Positions 58,697 to 64,000 of a DNA stretch of 64,000 nt are shown here, piece after piece (position 1 is the first letter of the stretch; each line of letters starts with the position of its first letter). The translations under genes and the position numbers were made by a program. The notes under the pieces were generated by a model. It saw nothing but the letters and a program-made list of their open reading frames with translations, did not search any database and was not told where the DNA came from. The stretch comes from Deltaproteobacteria bacterium (GTDB lineage Bacteria; Myxococcota_A; Polyangia; Polyangiales; Houyiibacteriaceae), in assembly GCA_034670305.1 (NCBI GenBank), contig JAXMNT010000008.1:96001-160000 (forward strand). The letters run 5' to 3'.

Positions 58697-59008
58697 CTAC
58701 CCGCGGCTGAGCTTGTAGAGCATTGCGCAGAGGTGGTCCGCGAGGTCGTACACGTCCTCGCTCGCCTCGACGTACCCCATGACCGCCGCCACCTGAAGAG
58801 CGGCCTTGACCTCTCGCGCTTCCCCAAGCGCGCGAGAGAACCCATCCGGGTTCCTCGCCCCGCGCGCGCTCCGGGATTCCGCGATCAACAGCGGAACTGC
58901 CTGCGCCGCGCGCCGCAGCTGCGACTTCAACGAGGCCTCTCGAATGCGAGGCAAGACCTCACGGACGAGAAGCGAGAGAAGAAGAAGCGACTTGTCGAAT
59001 ACCAGCAT
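58697..59008 (-). CDS. Four-helix-bundle protein (23S rRNA IVP / DGR Avd-like fold), diverged
   Basis: LKSQLRRAAQAVPLLIAES...FSRALGEAREVKAALQVA...GY...LCAMLYKL resembles the family consensus DQLRRAAxSIxxNIAEG. Confidence 0.75.
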   Translation of the reverse strand: MLVFDKSLLLLSLLVREVLPRIREASLKSQLRRAAQAVPLLIAESRSARGARNPDGFSRALGEAREVKAALQVAAVMGYVEASEDVYDLADHLCAMLYKLSRG

Positions 59009-59049
59009 CAAGAACCTGCCTTGTGTACGCCGAGCGTGAACTCGCCCGA

Positions 59050-59185
59050 GGGCGCGCAGCGCCCCCAGCTGTCGGTGGGGCGGCGGGTCAAGGACGAGCA
59101 AGCGCGTAGCGCGCCAGCGAAGCGGCGGGCTTCCCGCCGGGCCGAAGGCCTCCTTGAGGCGCTGCCCCGCCGACCGCTACGCTGG
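59050..59185 (+). other. Multi-branched inverted-repeat structure with four C-GNA-G triloop hairpins
   Basis: Outer stem 59071-59094 / 59151-59174; hairpins GGGCGC-GCA-GCGCCC, GCGC-GTA-GCGC, GC-GAA-GC, CGGCGGG-CTT-CCCGCCG, GGCC-GAA-GGCC. Confidence 0.8.
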
Positions 59186-59244
59186 ACCATCCATCGGGCC
59201 AGCCACCCTCTACAAGAAGGGGAGCAGCAGTTGCGTTGACTGCC

Positions 59245-59358
59245 ACGGCCTCGGCATCGGCATCGGCTTCGGCTTCGGCATCGGGCTCGGCTTCGGGCTC
59301 GGCATCGGCCTCGGCTTCTGGCTCGGCATCGGGATCGGCATCGGGATCGGCTTCGGGG
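59245..59358 (+). repeat. Intergenic hexamer array (TCGGCN/TCGGGN)n, copy 8
   Basis: Lies between the divergent four-helix-bundle and DUF4139 genes; no GGGCAM tail. Confidence 0.93.
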
Positions 59359-59412
59359 CGGAAGTCACCCCCCGCAAGCCACCGGGCGTTCTGCGATACA
59401 CTCACCCCCGCC

Positions 59413-61566
59413 ATGCCGCCGCCTCCTCCGCTCCTCGCCTCCGTCGTCGACTCCGTCACCGTCTTCCGCAAAGGCGCACTCGTCCGCCGGGTCGCTGATC
59501 TGAGCGGCCTCGACGCCGCTGTCCGCCGCGTCCGCTTCGGTCCGCTGCCGATTGGCGCGGACGACGACTCGGTCCGCGTCAGCGCCGCGTGCACCCCCAC
59601 CGAGATGCGGGTCGTGCTGGCGACCATGGCGCCGCAGGAGCATCTCGCGCCGCCGGAAGACGCGGAGTTGCTGGTCGCGCGCGCGGAGGAGCTGCGGATC
59701 GAAGCGAACATCGAGGCGCACCGGCAGTCGATCGCAGCGCTGCAATCGATCGCCATCGCCCCACGGCGCCATGCACCCGAGAGCGCCCCCAACGGGATCC
59801 CCCACGAAGCCCGCATGGCACTCATCGAGCTGCGGCGGACGAAGAGCGAATTGCTGCACGCGAAGATCGCCGAGCTGAGCGAGACGCTGCGGACGGCGCG
59901 GCTCACTCGCCAAGCACTCGAACAACGACTGCACCTCGCGTCGACCGCACGCCAGACCCGTGCCCACGAGCTGCGCAAAGCCGTCGACGTGTCTTTCGAC
60001 ACCAGCCCCACAGGCACGCTCGCGGTGGAGTACCTGGTTGGCGGCGCGTGCTGGTGTCCAACCTACGCGCTGCGCCTCGACGAGGAGCTCGCGTCGGGTT
60101 CGCTCGAGATGCGCGGCCTGGTGGCGCAGCGTTCGGGCGAAGACTGGACCGGCGCACAGCTCGTCCTCTCCACCGCACGCCCCCACACCTTCGTGGATCT
60201 TCCGGAGGCGACCTCCATTCGGATCGGACGACAGCAACCTCCGCCGAGCAAGACGGGCTGGCGTTCCCCACCGGCCGGCGCCGACGCACTCTTCGCCGAC
60301 GCAGACCGCGCCTACAGCCGTCCGCCGGCGCCGGCCAGGACGCCTCCGCCACGTGTCGAACCCGCTCCGCGCCCACCGGCGGAGGTGGCTGCCGCCGCGG
60401 CGCTCTTCGCGGTGACCGACGGCGCGAACATGCCGGTCGGCGGTGCCGCACCGATGCCACCACCGCAGATGGGGGCGCCTCCGATGCCGCCACCGCCGCC
60501 GCCGCCAGGAGGGATGCGCGCCCCGGCCCCGATGCCTTCGCGTCGAGGTGGACGCGCAGAAGCCAAGAAGAAAGCAAAGGGTGCGCCGCCATCCTTCGGC
60601 GGCGCCGCGCCACCGATGCTCGACGACGACATCACGGCGAGCCACTCGTTCGACGAAGGTGGCGGTGGTGCTGGTGCGGCGGGTGAGGTCGACGCCGCAG
60701 CGGCGATGTTGGCGTACGGCTCCCTGCGCATGGCCGCGCTGGACGAGCCAGGCCGAGGCACCCTGCACATCTCCGCGCGGGCCGAGCTCTACATGGAACT
60801 GCTCGTGGCGGAGGGTCGGGTCGTCGAGTTCGACATTCACGCGCTGGTGCAGACCGCAATGACCCAATCGAGCCGAATCGATCCACCCCCGGCGGGCACG
60901 CAGTTCCCTTCGTCGGTGGATGGCTTCGATCACTCTTTCGAAGTCGCCGACCGCGTCGACGTGCTCTCCGATGGCGCCTTCCACGGCCTGCCGGTCTGGA
61001 GTGAGACGGCCGCCCCACGGCCCTTCTTCGTCACTGTGCCGCGAGAGGCGGACGACGTGTTTCGGTTCGTCGAGATGAACAACCCCATCGACGGACCGAT
61101 CCTCCCGGGACCGCTCGACGTCTACGTCGGAGGCAAGTACCTGCTCGGACGCGATCTGAGCGTGACCCCGCGCGGCGCCAAGCTCGAGCTCGGACTGGGC
61201 GTCGAGCAAGGCATCAAGGTGGCGCGCAACACGCGGTTCGAAGAGCAATCCGCCGGACTGATGGGACGCGCACTCGAACTCGAACACACCCTCGAGATCG
61301 ACCTCGAGAACCACACCTCCCGCGAAGTCCGGGTGGAAGTCCGGGAACGCATCCCGGTTGCGCGCGACGGGGACGACGACGTCGAGGTCAAGGTCGAGTC
61401 GGTGGAGCCTGCGTGGGAGCCGTGGGAACCAACCGGGCAATCGCTTGAAGGCGGCCACCGCTGGATCGTGTCCCTCGCCCCCTCCGCCAAACGCTCTCTC
61501 CGCGCGACCTACGTCGTTCGGATCAGCGCCAAGCACGAACTCGTCGGAGGCAACCGCCGTGACTGA
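59413..61566 (+). CDS. DUF4139/DUF4140 domain protein with central Pro-rich insertion
   Basis: VDSVTVFRKGALVRR, coiled coil, VEYLVGGACWCPTY, QRSGEDW...LSTARP, LELGLGVE, VRERIPV. Confidence 0.8.
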   Translation: MPPPPPLLASVVDSVTVFRKGALVRRVADLSGLDAAVRRVRFGPLPIGADDDSVRVSAACTPTEMRVVLATMAPQEHLAPPEDAELLVARAEELRIEANIEAHRQSIAALQSIAIAPRRHAPESAPNGIPHEARMALIELRRTKSELLHAKIAELSETLRTARLTRQALEQRLHLASTARQTRAHELRKAVDVSFDTSPTGTLAVEYLVGGACWCPTYALRLDEELASGSLEMRGLVAQRSGEDWTGAQLVLSTARPHTFVDLPEATSIRIGRQQPPPSKTGWRSPPAGADALFADADRAYSRPPAPARTPPPRVEPAPRPPAEVAAAAALFAVTDGANMPVGGAAPMPPPQMGAPPMPPPPPPPGGMRAPAPMPSRRGGRAEAKKKAKGAPPSFGGAAPPMLDDDITASHSFDEGGGGAGAAGEVDAAAAMLAYGSLRMAALDEPGRGTLHISARAELYMELLVAEGRVVEFDIHALVQTAMTQSSRIDPPPAGTQFPSSVDGFDHSFEVADRVDVLSDGAFHGLPVWSETAAPRPFFVTVPREADDVFRFVEMNNPIDGPILPGPLDVYVGGKYLLGRDLSVTPRGAKLELGLGVEQGIKVARNTRFEEQSAGLMGRALELEHTLEIDLENHTSREVRVEVRERIPVARDGDDDVEVKVESVEPAWEPWEPTGQSLEGGHRWIVSLAPSAKRSLRATYVVRISAKHELVGGNRRD

Positions 61567-63118
61567 TGCCAACTCGGATCGAATCTCACTCGACGCGCCC
61601 GTGCGCGAGGTGACGTTGCTCGAAGACCGCGCGGTCGTGACACGGGTCGGCCGCGTGTCCGTGCCAGCCGGCCTCTCCCGGTTGCGGGTGGCCGCCGTCG
61701 CACCGGTCCTCGCGGACAAGACGCTCGAAGCCAGAGTCGAGGGTGCCCGGCTCATCGACGCGCGGTGCGGGCGCAAGCTCCTGACCCATGTGGAGTCCTC
61801 CTCCAGCGAACACGCCGCCGTCGTGAAGCTTCAGCGCGAGAACGATCACGCCGCCGCCAAGCTGCGCACCTCCCTTCAAGAACGGTCGCGGGAGCTCCAG
61901 GACCGAACGCTCGCAAGAGAACACTGGGCCAAGGAGGTCGGCGACGACGTCGCGTGGGGCCAGAAGGATCCGGCCCGCTGGGCCGAGTCGCTGGATGCGG
62001 CGCTCGCGGCGGAGATCGTGCTGCGGGAATCGTTGGCTTTGGACCACGCGCGCGTCGCCGAACTCGACCGGCTCGCCCAGGATCTGGCGGTTCGCGCGGC
62101 TGCAACGAAGGACCCTTCGTCCCAGCGGCTTGCGTGGATCGATATCGACATCCAGGCGGACGCTTCTGGCACGGCAGAGATCCGGCTCACGTACGTCGTC
62201 CCCGCGGCCATGTGGAGGCCACAACACCGCGCGCTCCTCGAGCGCGACGGCGACGGCTTCTCGGTGCGTTGGCAGATCGACGCATGCGTCTGGCAGCGAA
62301 CCGGCGAAGCCTGGGAGGACGCGGCGCTGACCTTCTCGACCGAACGTCCGTCGCTCGGGGTGCAGCCGCCGGACCTCGGCTCGGATATTCTGCGGGTGCG
62401 GAAGAAGCAGGAGCAGCTTCAAGTCGAAGCGCGTGAACAGACCGTGGCGACCACTGGCCTCGGGAGCGACAAGAACGTGCTCGATCAGTTGCCTGGCGTC
62501 GCCGACGGCGGCTCGACGGTGCGACTGAAGTCGCACGCCGCCGCCACCGTGCCGAGCGACGGCCGGCCGCACCGCATCCGCATCGCGGAGATCTCGATGC
62601 CGGCGTCGCGCCGGACCGTCCTGCTCGCCGAGCTCTCACCGATGGCGATCCTGGAGACCACGCAGGCCTGGGCCGCGGAATCGCCTCTGCTCGCCGGGCC
62701 GGTGGACTTGGTCCGTGAAGGCGTGATCGCGGGCCGGACCAAGGTGATGTTCGCAGCACCGGGAGAGAAGTTTGCGCTCGGCTGGGGACCGGAGACGTCG
62801 ATCCGAGTGCAGCGTGAGGTCACGCGGCTGGACGGGAAGACGCGCATGCTCTCGAGCTGGATCAAGGTGCCGCATCAGGTGCGGCTCAAGCTCAGCAACC
62901 TCGGCGCGGAGCCGGTGACGCTCGAAGTGACCGAACGGTTGCCGGTGTCCGAGCTGCGCGAAGTCGAGATCGAAGTGGATCGTGGAGCGACGACAGGCGG
63001 CGCGTCTCCCGACGACGACGGCTTCGTCCGCTGGACGGTGACGGTGCCCCCCCACGGGCGCGACGTGATCGCCCTCGACTGGACCCTCGCGAAGAAGGAC
63101 GACGTGAAGGGGATCTAG
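61559..63118 (+). CDS. DUF4139/DUF4140 (MuiA-like) protein
   Basis: VREVTLLEDRAVVTR, LTYVVPAAMWRP, QRTGEAW...FSTERP, VPSDG, LLAGPV, TERLPVSE. Confidence 0.82.
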   Translation: MTDANSDRISLDAPVREVTLLEDRAVVTRVGRVSVPAGLSRLRVAAVAPVLADKTLEARVEGARLIDARCGRKLLTHVESSSSEHAAVVKLQRENDHAAAKLRTSLQERSRELQDRTLAREHWAKEVGDDVAWGQKDPARWAESLDAALAAEIVLRESLALDHARVAELDRLAQDLAVRAAATKDPSSQRLAWIDIDIQADASGTAEIRLTYVVPAAMWRPQHRALLERDGDGFSVRWQIDACVWQRTGEAWEDAALTFSTERPSLGVQPPDLGSDILRVRKKQEQLQVEAREQTVATTGLGSDKNVLDQLPGVADGGSTVRLKSHAAATVPSDGRPHRIRIAEISMPASRRTVLLAELSPMAILETTQAWAAESPLLAGPVDLVREGVIAGRTKVMFAAPGEKFALGWGPETSIRVQREVTRLDGKTRMLSSWIKVPHQVRLKLSNLGAEPVTLEVTERLPVSELREVEIEVDRGATTGGASPDDDGFVRWTVTVPPHGRDVIALDWTLAKKDDVKGI

Positions 63119-63894
63119 AGGCCGCTGCTTTTGAGGCTTTGGTTCTGTTCTTGGGTCAGCGGAAGGTGCAGGCCGCACTCGCGCTTCTTGCCCAGGATTC
63201 TTCCGTCGCGCGGATCCATGTCGTCGGTGGTCGGGAGCGTGCTGTGCACGTCGCCGATAGAGCGGTACCCCTCCGCGTAGAGCGGGTGGTAGGGGAGCTC
63301 GTGTTCGTCGATGTAGGCTTCGGCGCGCTCGAGGGTCCAATCGAGGATGGGGTGGATCTTCACCCGGCCGTCCTGGGTGCCGACGCGGCTGAGCCCGGCG
63401 CGGTGTTCCGTCTGTCGGGATCGCAGCCCGGCCATCCACGCGGTGGCGCCGAGTTCATTCAGCGCGCGCTGCATGGGTTCGACCTTGTTGCGTTGCAGGT
63501 ACGCCTGCACGCCCTCGTCGCCTTGCTCCCAGAGTCGACCGTAGAGTGCTTCCTCCCGCGCCGCGGTCATGCGCGGACCGTATACCTGCAGGTTCAGACC
63601 GAACCGTCGCTGCAACTCGTCCGCGAAGCGGTAGGTCTCCGGGAAGAGGTGACCGGTGTCGAGGAAGATGACGGGGGTGCGCGGTGCGACGCGGTGCACG
63701 AGGTGCAGCATCACCGCCGAGTGCGCGCCGAAGCTCGACGACATCACGAGGCCATCGCCGAACCGCTCGGCCGCCCACGCGATCACGTCCTCGGCCGAAC
63801 CACCCTCCAAGCCCGCATTCGCCGAGGCCAAACCCGCGTCGTCGAGGACTGGGATCGGCACCTCGGGGGCAGCCAGTGGCGGGGGCGCGTTCAT
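63115..63894 (-). CDS. cysH: Phosphoadenylyl-sulfate (PAPS) reductase
   Basis: SSSFG, DTGHLFPETY, KVEPM, HPILDW, GYRSIGD, ECGLH. Confidence 0.93.
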   Translation of the reverse strand: MNAPPPLAAPEVPIPVLDDAGLASANAGLEGGSAEDVIAWAAERFGDGLVMSSSFGAHSAVMLHLVHRVAPRTPVIFLDTGHLFPETYRFADELQRRFGLNLQVYGPRMTAAREEALYGRLWEQGDEGVQAYLQRNKVEPMQRALNELGATAWMAGLRSRQTEHRAGLSRVGTQDGRVKIHPILDWTLERAEAYIDEHELPYHPLYAEGYRSIGDVHSTLPTTDDMDPRDGRILGKKRECGLHLPLTQEQNQSLKSSGL

Positions 63895-64000
63895 GGCGTG
63901 AGCTAACTTGACGTTCTAGGTGAAGATTCGCAACGCAAAACTTGAACCCACTGCGTCGTTTTGCTCAGTACCATGATTTCACCGAATAAAACGGACACAT

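Noticed and set aside
59050-59185. tRNA gene (cloverleaf-like fold)
   Set aside because: No T-loop GTTCRA, D-loop or 7-nt anticodon loop, and the stems are too long.
58697-59358. Complete diversity-generating retroelement
   Set aside because: Only an Avd-like fold and hairpins are present. No reverse transcriptase and no TR/VR pair differing at adenines were seen in the window.

Overview
GC-rich, gene-dense chromosomal window, most likely from a myxobacterium (Myxococcota, Polyangia-like). That assignment is inferred from an MglA-family GTPase, AgmX/PglI C-terminal domain proteins, a TonB-fused TonB-dependent receptor, Cys/DAG-rich lipoproteins and a Ser/Thr kinase. Recognisable content: tyrA, a DAACS symporter, a GMC oxidoreductase pair, a pectate-lyase-like lipoprotein, a dcw cluster (mraZ to murG only), an MglA-like GTPase/PocR histidine kinase/thiL operon, a DEAD-box helicase, yajQ, trpF, cysH, a DUF4139 pair, and a regulated ethylmalonyl-CoA pathway cluster (ScfR/RamB-type regulator, ecm, meaB, ccr, mcd, mch). 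The main unexplained signal is non-coding. Eight copies of a degenerate hexamer array, (TCGGCN)n or its complement (GCCGAN)n, are dispersed through the window. Four end in a G-quadruplex-type (GGGCAM)n tail, two are captured in-frame in proteins, and two bracket a DUF2293 gene in inverted orientation. One copy abuts a multi-branched hairpin rich in C-GNA-G triloops, directly upstream of an orphan Avd/IVP-like four-helix-bundle gene. No rRNA, tRNA, CRISPR array, transposase, integrase or reverse transcriptase was recognised. All family calls come from motif recognition by eye; no database searches were run.
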